DNA from: a virus
Direction: 5' to 3' (one strand)
Virus record (IMG/VR): IMGVR_UViG_3300033156_000150
Coordinates: 1-64,000 of that record
DNA length: 64,000 nt
The notes under the pieces were generated by a model, which saw only the letters and a program-made list of their open reading frames with translations, ran no database searches and had not been told where the DNA came from. A program made the position numbers and the translations under genes. Positions within the stretch are counted from its first letter, which is position 1. Each line of letters begins with the position of its first letter. Shown piece by piece: positions 1 to 8,497 of this stretch.

Positions 1-1
1 T

Positions 2-352
2 GTGTGGACGCGCAAGGATGGGCACGTCCGCACACCGCACGGTTCAGTCGTTGTTCGGGTGCCGAAGTTGTACAGGCGCAAGCAGAAGGATCCTCTGAAG
101 CTAGCTGAAATGGTCTTCAGCACACTACTCCACGAGCTCTGGCACTACATGGAGAAGGTCCTGTATCCCAACCTGCCAGTTGCCCGTGCAGACGAGAGTG
201 GGCGCAGGCCGCCTCACGATAGCAGACCCGAGGAGAGGAGGGCCTATGCGGCGGAGGCGCGACTAATGGCTTCACTCCCTCCGCAGGCCCAGGAGGCGGT
301 GTTGGAACTGGCAGTGTGGATTGAGGAAACGAACAAGTTGTACTCAAGCTGA
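2..352 (+). CDS. Zincin-like metallopeptidase domain protein (5' truncated by window edge)
   Basis: LLHELWHY (HExxH) with a downstream E in EERRAY. Confidence 0.55.
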   Translation: MWTRKDGHVRTPHGSVVVRVPKLYRRKQKDPLKLAEMVFSTLLHELWHYMEKVLYPNLPVARADESGRRPPHDSRPEERRAYAAEARLMASLPPQAQEAVLELAVWIEETNKLYSS

Positions 353-366
353 AAAGGAGATTCAAA

Positions 367-579
367 ATGAACACGTGTGCTCGCTGTGGAAATGAAGAGG
401 CAGTGTTGCATCCGATCGTTGTAGGGTGTAGCGTGTATAGGGTTTGTGTGGAGTGCTTCATGGAGATCGCCGAAGGACAAGCCGACGTGGAAAACGAGCT
501 CAGCGACCCGGAGCCCCTTGACCCGGAGGGCAGGCATTATCAAGCTCAGTATGCTTACGCTTGCGGGTACATCGACTGA
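367..579 (+). CDS. Small Zn-finger protein
   Basis: CxxC...CxxC; RBS AAGGAG upstream. Confidence 0.6.
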   Translation: MNTCARCGNEEAVLHPIVVGCSVYRVCVECFMEIAEGQADVENELSDPEPLDPEGRHYQAQYAYACGYID

Positions 580-618
580 GCTGTGGGAAACGTAATACGA
601 AAGCAGGAGGAGCAAGGA

Positions 619-1051
619 ATGAATGTTGCAAAGGCAGTCGCTAGCCTGATGGAAGGGTTGCACAAGATGGACGCTATGCTGGAAAAGGAGGTCCAGGCCT
701 TCACCAAGGTAGCGTGCAATCCCACTGGCACGCGCGGGCATCTGTGGAGCGCTGTGAAAGCTCGCATGTCTTGCCAGCAGTGTCAACAAGCTGTGGGAGG
801 AGGGGAAGAGCGGAAGGGAGATTGGTGACTTCCTTGCCAGCGCTGCTGAGCAAGCAGTGGACATGGTGCTTTCCTCCACTACGTACCTACCCAACTCGGC
901 TTCCCCAGAGTCGAGTTGCTACAGGACAGCCGAGTTCCGGGCAGAACAGTCGTACGCTAGCTTGCTGCGTAAGCTGGCGGAGACGTGGAGGAAGGTACAG
1001 GAGGGCCGGCACAGAGAACGTGTGCTGGCAGTAGTGCCGTGGATGGTGTGA
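619..1051 (+). pseudogene. Hypothetical protein apparently split by a frameshift near 780 (ORFs 619-828 and 857-1051)
   Basis: The first ORF has a good RBS. The frame of the second ORF is open back to ~758 with protein-like sequence (VNKLWEEGKSGREIGDFLASAAEQAV) but no ATG or RBS there. Confidence 0.35.
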
Positions 1052-1079
1052 GCGGGGCCGTATAGCAGCCAGACAGCGT

Positions 1080-1121
1080 GGGCAGCTCGGGTGTGTTGTT
1101 GCCGGGCTGCCCGCATTGTTT
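1080..1121 (+). terminator. GC-rich hairpin ending the first gene group
   Basis: GGGCAGCTCGG/CCGGGCTGCCC stem followed by ATTGTTT. Confidence 0.45.
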
Positions 1122-1190
1122 GACGGGATTAGGCAAAGTTAGATCAGATACCCCAAAAGTGGGTAAGACAGGGATAGACGAGTTTTGGGG

Positions 1191-1730
1191 AGGGGAACAC
1201 GGGGAGCATACACGGAAGGTAGGGGAACGCAGGACATAATATACGTTGCCGGCGATCGTGGAACAGGGGCGCGACTGCCGCACTACGGGGGAAATCCTGG
1301 AAGTGGTCAGAAGGAGGCCTGCAAGCTGACTTGTCAGGGGCCAAGCTGAAGCCAATAGTGAAGCCAACAACGTGCCGCAGGGGGCTGGGAATGAGATGCG
1401 TAGAAGCCCTGGGAGGGCAGGGGGAACACACGGGGCACGTAGGGCGGTAGGGGAGGAGCACACGGGGCTTGTGAGCGTATGGGGCTTGTGGGGCACACGG
1501 GGCGCAGGGGAGGAGCACAGGGGACACACGGGGCGCAGGGAGGGGAGCTGGTGCGTCCCAGGGGAGGGGAGGCGGGCCCGGAGAAAAAGATGCCCCCCGG
1601 ATTTGGGGGGTGGGCACATTCCCGCTAAAATCCCGGGACCTAGGGTTGACTTCGATAGCGGGCATGCTATAATACAAGTGTAGGAGGGAGGGGCAATGGG
1701 AGCACAAGGAGCACTGGGAGCACACGGAAG
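1191..1730. repeat. G-rich non-coding region with repeated ACACGGGG / ACACGGAAG motifs
   Basis: ACACGGGG at 1197, 1428, 1460, 1495 and 1526; ACACGGAAG at 1210 and 1722. Confidence 0.7.
1643..1674 (+). promoter_or_regulatory. Early sigma70-type promoter P1
   Basis: TTGACT (1646-1651), 16-nt spacer, TGC-TATAAT (-10 at 1668-1673). Confidence 0.85.
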
Positions 1731-1773
1731 CCCCTGGAAAACTTCCAGAAAATTCCAGGATTTCCCAGATTTG

Positions 1774-1805
1774 GGGTTGACTCCCATAGCAAGCGTGCTA
1801 TAATA
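1774..1805 (+). promoter_or_regulatory. Early sigma70-type promoter P2
   Basis: TTGACT (1777-1782), 16-nt spacer, TGC-TATAAT (1799-1804); directly precedes the RBS and ATG at 1851. Confidence 0.85.
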
Positions 1806-1850
1806 CAAGTGTAAGGAAAAGGAAAGCACACAAGCAAAAGGAGATCAACA

Positions 1851-2051
1851 ATGGCTACCACCAAGACGCACGCAACAGGCCACCAGCCCTACGAGGGAGG
1901 CCCGCCCAGGGCTCGCTACCTTGGATGGGACGAACGCGAGGGGGCTTGGAAGTTCCTGGACCTGGAGACCGGTGAGGAGTTCCACGCCGACATCTACGCC
2001 GTCACGCCCGGTCACTATCACATCTCGCGCAAGGTTTACCGCAAGGGCTAG
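1851..2051 (+). CDS. Hypothetical early protein
   Basis: AAGGAG RBS; first gene after P2. Confidence 0.7.
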   Translation: MATTKTHATGHQPYEGGPPRARYLGWDEREGAWKFLDLETGEEFHADIYAVTPGHYHISRKVYRKG

Positions 2052-2083
2052 CCGGTGGAGGACAAGCAAAAAGGGCACGCACG

Positions 2084-2299
2084 ATGAAGGCCATGGAGAT
2101 TTACAGGGAGTTGTCAAAGGAAGTTAGTTGGGCTCAGAAGCCTAGGAAGGTCCGCATGGCAGCGGCCCGCTACTATGCAGGGGTGGACAGCGTTGAGGAC
2201 TTGCAGGCTTGGGCTGAGCCCCAGGTCATCAGGGAGGGAGTAATGCTCCCCCCGGTTCTGAGCAAGGATGAAGTACGGGAGATCATCCGTTGGAGGTGA
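2084..2299 (+). CDS. Hypothetical early protein
   Basis: Tandem + strand ORF with protein-like composition. Confidence 0.6.
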   Translation: MKAMEIYRELSKEVSWAQKPRKVRMAAARYYAGVDSVEDLQAWAEPQVIREGVMLPPVLSKDEVREIIRWR

Positions 2300-2338
2300 A
2301 CTGCAACCCAAACCCCAGTTACACTAGGAGGACAGGAA

Positions 2339-2635
2339 ATGAACGCCAACGAAAAGAAGTGGTACAAGACGCGGCTGAAGGCTGCCCTGGAGAACGGGAC
2401 CGAGGTGCTGGAGAACATGAGGGACACGTTCCGGCGAGCAGCCGAGGAGATGGACCGCTACTTGCGGGACTACCAGCGGGCAGTGGAGGGGAAGGAAAGC
2501 ATGGCTGCTCCTGAGGACGTGCTGAGCTGGGCAGTGAACCATGCGGCCAGCAACGTGCTGGGGGGCTGCCGGCTGGATCTGGCGGTCGACACGGCAGCTA
2601 AGATCGCTGACGCTCGTGCTCACATTGAGGAGTGA
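2339..2635 (+). CDS. Hypothetical helical early protein
   Basis: AGGAGG RBS. Confidence 0.7.
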   Translation: MNANEKKWYKTRLKAALENGTEVLENMRDTFRRAAEEMDRYLRDYQRAVEGKESMAAPEDVLSWAVNHAASNVLGGCRLDLAVDTAAKIADARAHIEE

Positions 2636-2641
2636 TGGACG

Positions 2642-2893
2642 ATGCGACGGCAGTTCGTAATTCGTAGCAAGCACCATCACAAGCAAGCCACTGTGCGAGC
2701 AGTGGTTCTGGAGGAGGGGCCGGATTACGTGAAGATCCGAATTACCCCAGCCCAAGACCGGCGGTTGCGGGAATTGTTCTGCGGTTACCATTGCTACTGC
2801 CAGTGTGGCAACGACTACGAGAGGACCCCACAGGCAGCCCCCGACGGCCGCCAACTGATTCTGGTTTTTGGAGAGGAAGGAGAACTGAAATGA
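2642..2893 (+). CDS. Hypothetical early protein
   Basis: GAGGAG RBS; CHCYCQCG cluster. Confidence 0.65.
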   Translation: MRRQFVIRSKHHHKQATVRAVVLEEGPDYVKIRITPAQDRRLRELFCGYHCYCQCGNDYERTPQAAPDGRQLILVFGEEGELK

Positions 2894-3126
2894 AGGCCAA
2901 AGAGATTGAAGTTGGCGGGACGTACCTGGCAAAGGTCAGCGGTAGGCTCACTATCGTGCGCGTGAACCGCATTGAGCCACACTACGACTTCCTGACCGGT
3001 CGTCCCAAGACTATGTATTGTGTCACCAACTTGCGGACCGGGCGGCGGACGACGTTCCACAGTCCGTCGAAGTTTCGGGCCCGCGCCGAGAAGAAGGAGG
3101 ATGGGAAATGGCACGTCGTTGGGTAA
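2890..3126 (+). CDS. Hypothetical basic beta-barrel-like early protein
   Basis: ATGA overlap with the previous gene; MKAKEIEVGGTYLAKVSG. Confidence 0.65.
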   Translation: MKAKEIEVGGTYLAKVSGRLTIVRVNRIEPHYDFLTGRPKTMYCVTNLRTGRRTTFHSPSKFRARAEKKEDGKWHVVG

Positions 3127-3533
3127 CTTTCAGTTGCGGACATGAAGCCGAGCTTCGTGTTTGTGGTCCTCATCGGGAAAGGGAGAGGAAGATTGAGTGG
3201 GCAGAGACACAAGGGCTCTGCCCGGATTGCTACCGCAAGATGAAAGAAGCCGAAAAGCAAGAAGAGACCAAAGAGTGTCGCGTTCGCGTTGCGGCTGGCG
3301 AGCGCGATGGTATTTCCTTCGAGCTCTATATGCTATCGACCGGATGCGAGTTGGTGGCTCTGCCAGCAAATCGGCCTGCCCAGTCCAAGTTGTTGACAGA
3401 TCGCCAAGCCGAGGCTGTCATTGCTGGGCTCCGTGCCAAGGGCGCATCGTTCATCCAAGATGATTGGACTACGGCTCAAGAGTTGCGGGCAAGGCTTTGT
3501 TCGACTCAACCTCACGGGGAGGAAGGAAGATGA
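3108..3533 (+). CDS. Hypothetical protein with Zn-ribbon
   Basis: SCGHE...LCPDC; GGAGG RBS. Confidence 0.65.
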   Translation: MARRWVTFSCGHEAELRVCGPHRERERKIEWAETQGLCPDCYRKMKEAEKQEETKECRVRVAAGERDGISFELYMLSTGCELVALPANRPAQSKLLTDRQAEAVIAGLRAKGASFIQDDWTTAQELRARLCSTQPHGEEGR

Positions 3534-3766
3534 AGTTCTACACGGTGGGAAAGGAGCCGGACGAAAAACTGTTTTCAACCCTGCGTGGGTTGAAGGCATA
3601 CCTCAAAGAGCACCCGGAGGAGGAGGGTGCTTACCTCTGGTGGTACTACAGGGATGAACTGGTGGAGTGCCGGTTCATTTCCCGGGATGACATACTCAAG
3701 GGCAAGGGAACCCGACGCAGCAAGGGATGCACAGCCCAATGGGCTGCGTCGAGGGGGCAGTTGTGA
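3530..3766 (+). CDS. Hypothetical early protein
   Basis: ATGA overlap; GGAGG RBS. Confidence 0.6.
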   Translation: MKFYTVGKEPDEKLFSTLRGLKAYLKEHPEEEGAYLWWYYRDELVECRFISRDDILKGKGTRRSKGCTAQWAASRGQL

Positions 3767-3845
3767 GAGGTAGAGTGAATGAATACTGATCCACCCGCGC
3801 TGGAAAACTGAGTAGCCGCGTTGCGCAGGAAAGAGGAGAAACCAA

Positions 3846-4064
3846 ATGGAACCGTATGAGTTGAAAGTCAGGCGCGTTGACAACAACCGTCGTCTCCCCG
3901 AACTGTACTGGGCTTGGTATGGGGAGCCGGGGGAGGATGACATACGGGAAGCCCTGGAAGCGATTGCCAAGGAAGCGAAGATTCCCGTTCGATGGGAGTT
4001 GGAATCCCCGGTTGGACACATTGTCGATGGTGGTGTTTTTACACCCGAGGATGTGAGGAGCTAA
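3846..4064 (+). CDS. Hypothetical early protein
   Basis: GAGGAG RBS. Confidence 0.6.
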   Translation: MEPYELKVRRVDNNRRLPELYWAWYGEPGEDDIREALEAIAKEAKIPVRWELESPVGHIVDGGVFTPEDVRS

Positions 4065-4067
4065 GAG

Positions 4068-4397
4068 ATGAAGGAGCAAGTGAAAAAAGCAAGCAAGTTC
4101 TGGCTGGGATGGGGAAGCCCAGAGCCCCACATGTTCCAGTGCTTTATGGTACTGGAAGACAACAAGGTGGCGGTCGTTGGACCGCTGGGAACAACGCTCA
4201 CTTATCGCTGGCTCCGAAACATCAAAGCAGCCAGGGAGGAGTGGAAGCAAGCACTGGCCAGAGGCTGGAGGCGCCTAGCCGATAGCGAGGTGCCCTACTG
4301 GGCGCCGAAGCAAGCCGAGGAAGAGGCAGTCCGCCTCTTGGAGGCTGAGCAAGAACGACTGGCGGCTGGGTGGGAGCATACTGATTTGGAACCTTGA
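4068..4397 (+). CDS. Hypothetical early protein
   Basis: GAGGAG RBS. Confidence 0.6.
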   Translation: MKEQVKKASKFWLGWGSPEPHMFQCFMVLEDNKVAVVGPLGTTLTYRWLRNIKAAREEWKQALARGWRRLADSEVPYWAPKQAEEEAVRLLEAEQERLAAGWEHTDLEP

Positions 4398-4486
4398 GCA
4401 GGAAAGGAGACAATCCGGGTTGACGGTTACCGATGGCACTTTCGCACAGATGAGCGCCAAACTACATGGGAAAAAGGAGAACTAAA

Positions 4487-4969
4487 ATGAGTTGGTTGCC
4501 CGAATTGCCAAGTCCTGGAGAGGAATGGGGGGCAATTGTTATTCCGGTGCGGCGGGGTAAGATTGTTGAGGAATGGGAAGGGGACTACCAACGCGGTCCT
4601 AACGATGACGGACATCGTTGGGGCATGTTCGAAGCCCTGTTTGCCCCTCCGCAGTTTGAGGATGTGCTGGACCAGGCAGTTCTCTGGTGCGAAGCTGCTG
4701 AGCGTTGTTTGCCTCAGGGATGGAGCTGGGGCAGGTATGTTTGCGACGTCCTTGAAGCGTTCGAGGACGACGACGTCCCTCCAGAGGTGCAGAAAAACTT
4801 GGAGCGCCTGAAGAAACTGGTACGCTCCAGGTTTGCAAAGCTCGAATTCAAGGAAGAGGAGGGGGAGCCGGGAAGGGATTGGGTGGTTGTCCCCGATAGG
4901 GCGAAGTGGTTTCCAATGGATGAACCACCCTCCTTGCAGGAGTTCGCTACTTGTGGAGGGGTGAAGTAA
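4487..4969 (+). CDS. Hypothetical acidic early protein
   Basis: AAGGAG RBS. Confidence 0.6.
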   Translation: MSWLPELPSPGEEWGAIVIPVRRGKIVEEWEGDYQRGPNDDGHRWGMFEALFAPPQFEDVLDQAVLWCEAAERCLPQGWSWGRYVCDVLEAFEDDDVPPEVQKNLERLKKLVRSRFAKLEFKEEEGEPGRDWVVVPDRAKWFPMDEPPSLQEFATCGGVK

Positions 4970-5005
4970 TGCCCGTAAGGATTTCACCAGAAAAGGAGAA
5001 GCGAA

Positions 5006-5464
5006 ATGAGCTCGATGCTTGAAGCAAGAGTGGTTGCTCAAAACAGAGCCAACGCGGTTGCGGCGGCTGCTTATTCCAAGCTAGCGGTTGCCCTCCGCCC
5101 TTTCATTGGGAAGCCGGTGATCAAGCGCGATGGATCGCTACGGCATTGTGTGTCCAAAGCGCTGCCGGAGCTTCCAAACACGCCAGAGCTGCGTGTTGTG
5201 TTCCGGCATAGTTGGACTAAGCTCACATGGAAGGTAATTTCGTCACAACCCGCTGGAGATGTGTGGGTGTATATGCACGCCTACGTGGTTGTGGCAGAGC
5301 TGGACGAGGAGGGGAAGCTGGAAAGGATTGTGCCTCCTCCGAAGTACCGAACCGATTACAAAGTTGAGGAGGTACAGAAACTTCGAGAGCAGTGCAAGAA
5401 GGTTCGTGCCCAGCTCGAGGAGCTGAGGGATGCCCTTGAGCCGTTTGGGGAATACGATTACTGA
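5006..5464 (+). CDS. Hypothetical early protein
   Basis: AAGGAG RBS. Confidence 0.65.
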   Translation: MSSMLEARVVAQNRANAVAAAAYSKLAVALRPFIGKPVIKRDGSLRHCVSKALPELPNTPELRVVFRHSWTKLTWKVISSQPAGDVWVYMHAYVVVAELDEEGKLERIVPPPKYRTDYKVEEVQKLREQCKKVRAQLEELRDALEPFGEYDY

Positions 5465-5522
5465 GCGATCTATTTTCGTCTGTGTGGTTCGTATAATACA
5501 AGCGAGTTGAAGGAGAACGGAC

Positions 5523-6134
5523 ATGTTTATCCCGTCATGTGTGTTGTTTGCTGGTCTGCCTGATCTATGCAAGTTTGCTCCCCCCTACGCGACTGGCGGT
5601 GTGAGGGTGGAGCGCGAGGGAAAGGAGAAGGCTTGCGCTGTCGCTACTGATGGGGCTGCGCTGGTGAAGGTAGAGTGGGAAGACGGCAAGTGGCAGGACC
5701 GTTTTCCAGATGTCGGCGTCTCGTCCCAGCCGCGAGAGGGTTTTGCCACGACGGTTCCTCAGTTGGTGTGGGAGAATGTGGGGGAAGCGTTCCCTGATGA
5801 TTACACGAATCCAGCTATGGGCAATGCACTGCTGAGCGAGGAGTCTAACGACAAGATTGTGTTTGCATGCACAGATGGAAAGACTACCACTGTCGTGACG
5901 TCCTCAGCAGTGGGTGGTAAGTATCCCGACTGGCGTAAAGTCGTGACTGATGCTGGTAAGGGAAAGCGGGTTAAGGTCAACACCGACCGTCTGATGCGTG
6001 TTTTGGAAATCGTTTCCAAGCTGAGTGGACCGACCGTCAGCTTGGTGATGCCGGAGGAGGAGGGAAAGCCGATTGTGATAGAGGCCGAGTATAATGGCAC
6101 TGCCACAACGGCTCTTGTCATGCCTTGCGAGTGA
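5523..6134 (+). CDS. DNA polymerase III beta-clamp-like protein (short, ~2 domains)
   Basis: AVATDG, FACTDG, GKYPDWRKVV and C-terminal ALVMP resemble DnaN motifs; only 203 aa. Confidence 0.7.
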   Translation: MFIPSCVLFAGLPDLCKFAPPYATGGVRVEREGKEKACAVATDGAALVKVEWEDGKWQDRFPDVGVSSQPREGFATTVPQLVWENVGEAFPDDYTNPAMGNALLSEESNDKIVFACTDGKTTTVVTSSAVGGKYPDWRKVVTDAGKGKRVKVNTDRLMRVLEIVSKLSGPTVSLVMPEEEGKPIVIEAEYNGTATTALVMPCE

Positions 6135-6142
6135 GGGGCAAT

Positions 6143-6340
6143 ATGGAAAACGACGCTAGGGTAGCAAAGTGCTACGAAGAGGGTAAAAAGGCTTGGATGG
6201 AAGGTAAGTCCATGGAGGAGTGTCCTTACCCGCACCGGCGAGGATTCAATTCTCCCCGCTACGCTTGGTTGTCGGGTTGGTTGGATGCGAAGTACGCTAG
6301 GTTGCTTGGAGGAAAGGACAATGAAAAAAGTGACGGTTGA
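6143..6340 (+). CDS. Rmf/CrpP-fold small protein
   Basis: YEEGKKAWMEGKSMEECPY...AWLSGW matches the Rmf pattern G..A...G.S...CPY...W..GW. Confidence 0.7.
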   Translation: MENDARVAKCYEEGKKAWMEGKSMEECPYPHRRGFNSPRYAWLSGWLDAKYARLLGGKDNEKSDG

Positions 6341-6566
6341 ATTCGCCGGAGGGGAGGTATTTAAGGTGGCTCCCCTAGTCGCGTTGGGCATCATTCCCAA
6401 GCCCTATGCATTGCCTCTTACTGGTAAGGAGCGATTTGCTGCTCATGGGTTGGAAGGGAAGTTTGCAGTGGAGGTTGATGAGGGACTGGCTGAAATCATA
6501 GTCAAGAAGCTAGGCAAGTATCGGAGCAGAATCGTTCGACACAAAAGCAAAGGAGGCAAGGTATGA
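6321..6566 (+). CDS. Hypothetical protein
   Basis: GGAGG RBS; tandem arrangement. Confidence 0.55.
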   Translation: MKKVTVEFAGGEVFKVAPLVALGIIPKPYALPLTGKERFAAHGLEGKFAVEVDEGLAEIIVKKLGKYRSRIVRHKSKGGKV

Positions 6567-7087
6567 TTTACAGACAGAATCCTGCTCTACCGCCTCGGGC
6601 TAAGAGCGAAGCATTGCTGGCTGCCGAAGTTTGTTGCGAAGCAGTCATCCGGCAGTTGTCTAGGTGTTCTTTGTTCCACCGAAAACTAGCTGAGCATCTG
6701 CTCGATGTGTCGTCGGAGACAAGGCTGCTGAAGGAGGTCCGGGGGCGTGCAAATGGGTATGCAGAGTTGTTCAGTAAGGCTGGTATAGAGGTCGCCAATG
6801 TTGGGAGCGGTCGTAGGAACGCTGAGGATCGCGGTGGGTGTGTTGCTTTCGCTTTGGAACCCTGGGAGCGTTCGTTCCGTCGAGTGCTAAGGAATGAGCC
6901 AGGGGAAGGGCCAGCAGATTCGGAGTGGTTGGCGCTGTGGAATTGTGCCCATCCTCAATGGGCATCCTTGTTTGATACCCTTGTTAACTGGAACGACGAG
7001 TGGGGGCCGTGCATTCTGACTAACCACTGGAACTATGCTATGAGTAAGGACAGCGGCATGGGAATGGAAGGCTTAGATGAAGATTAG
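6563..7087 (+). CDS. Hypothetical protein
   Basis: ATGA overlap; AGGAGG RBS. Confidence 0.6.
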   Translation: MIYRQNPALPPRAKSEALLAAEVCCEAVIRQLSRCSLFHRKLAEHLLDVSSETRLLKEVRGRANGYAELFSKAGIEVANVGSGRRNAEDRGGCVAFALEPWERSFRRVLRNEPGEGPADSEWLALWNCAHPQWASLFDTLVNWNDEWGPCILTNHWNYAMSKDSGMGMEGLDED

Positions 7088-7180
7088 GAAGGGGAGGCGA
7101 TGTGTGCATCGACACACTTATAACGCAGCGGTTAAGCCGAGTTCAGTGGGACATGGTCTGTTTTTACAAGGAGAGTAAGC

Positions 7181-8488
7181 ATGAGTTTTGTTGTTGCAGG
7201 TCTTGGTAGGTTTGGTCTTGTTGAAGCCGTGGTGAGGGCACATAGATGTCGTGTCTATGGATACGACACGGACAGCGAAAAAGTTAAGCTGTTGAGAAAG
7301 GGCCAGGTCCCATTCTATGAGGCGAACTTGGAATCTGAGCTTCGGAATCGGTTGGACAAAGGTCGGTTTTATGTAACGGACAGTCTATCGGAGCTTTCCG
7401 AGTGGATAGCGGCTGATGCAATTGATGTTGCTGAAGTGTGCGTGGGAACGCCAACGCGGAATCGCTTGCAGGATCTGTCGTACCTTGAGCAAGCAATAAC
7501 GGACTTGGCTTCGGTGCTGTTTGAGAACACGGTTATCGTCATCAGGAGCACGATTCTGCCGGGAACGACTCGGAAGATGAGGGAGTTGTGGAAGCATTTA
7601 ACTGGTAGAGAAGCTCGCCTTGGTTTTGTGCCTGAGTTTATGCGCGAGGGAACGGCTGTCACGGACATTGAGTATCCGATGGTAGCTGTTCTTGGGGCAG
7701 ACGACGAAGTAACGGCAAGAGTGTTGGGAGAAGAGTTTTCTGCGGAAACGGTTGTGCATACCGACACGGTTACGGCAGAGATGTCAAAGTATGCGTCCAA
7801 TGTTTATTTGGCTGCTACCATTAGCATAATGGGAGAGTTAGCCCGCATTGCTGACATAGTGGGGGCAAACATTGATGATGTGTGGGATGCTTTGAATGAA
7901 CAAGGACGCTTTGGTCAGGTTCCAGTGCCTGGAGTTGGTTGGGGTGGCAGTTGCTTGCCAAAGGATACGGAAGCTGTGTTGAGCATCATGGAAAAGGACG
8001 TTGGGTGCAGGTCAATGATAGCTGCTTCGATTGCGGCAAACGAAGAGTCGATGGAATGGGTTTGGCGTGAATTGGTGCGTCCATTTGGTGGTGTTATATC
8101 TGGGAGGACGATCTACGTTGTTGGGTTGTCGTTCAAACCAGGGACGGACGATTTGAGGGAAAGCCGTTCAGTGTCATTGATTCGTTGGTTGCTTCGTACA
8201 GGGGCAGACGTAGTGGCTTACGATGACCTCCAAGAAGCTCGAGATTCGGCGCGAAGGTTGTTTGGAGGGGATAGTAGGTTCAAGGTAGTTGATAGCTTGA
8301 ATGGAGTTGAGCGGGCTGATGCTATTGTCTTTATGCACGACAACGAAAAACATTGGGGAGAGCTGGTGGATGTGTTTAGCAAGGATAGGAACAAGATAGG
8401 GGTTATTGTTGATCCGTGGCGGTTGTCCAGCTACTTCGACGATCCTCCAGAACTTGGCAGTGGTTGGGTGTATAGGCGGTTGGGATAA
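7181..8488 (+). CDS. ugd: UDP-glucose/GDP-mannose dehydrogenase family protein
   Basis: GLGxxG, CVGTP, PEFMREG, KYASN, GGSCLPKD (catalytic Cys), GLSFKPGTDDLRES. Confidence 0.93.
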   Translation: MSFVVAGLGRFGLVEAVVRAHRCRVYGYDTDSEKVKLLRKGQVPFYEANLESELRNRLDKGRFYVTDSLSELSEWIAADAIDVAEVCVGTPTRNRLQDLSYLEQAITDLASVLFENTVIVIRSTILPGTTRKMRELWKHLTGREARLGFVPEFMREGTAVTDIEYPMVAVLGADDEVTARVLGEEFSAETVVHTDTVTAEMSKYASNVYLAATISIMGELARIADIVGANIDDVWDALNEQGRFGQVPVPGVGWGGSCLPKDTEAVLSIMEKDVGCRSMIAASIAANEESMEWVWRELVRPFGGVISGRTIYVVGLSFKPGTDDLRESRSVSLIRWLLRTGADVVAYDDLQEARDSARRLFGGDSRFKVVDSLNGVERADAIVFMHDNEKHWGELVDVFSKDRNKIGVIVDPWRLSSYFDDPPELGSGWVYRRLG

Positions 8489-8497
8489 GGAAGATCG

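Noticed and set aside
1191-1730. CRISPR array
   Set aside because: The repeat units are only 8-12 nt and degenerate, the intervening sequences are low-complexity, and there are no cas genes.
957-1829. Long Pro/Cys-rich minus-strand ORFs (290 and 193 aa) and the Gly-rich plus-strand ORF 1372-1683
   Set aside because: They are by-products of the G-rich repeats, overlap two clear promoters and lack RBS support.
5470-5502. Fourth early promoter (TATAATACAAG, same as P1/P2)
   Set aside because: The -10 and downstream bases match, but there is no -35 or TG extension, so support is too weak to call.
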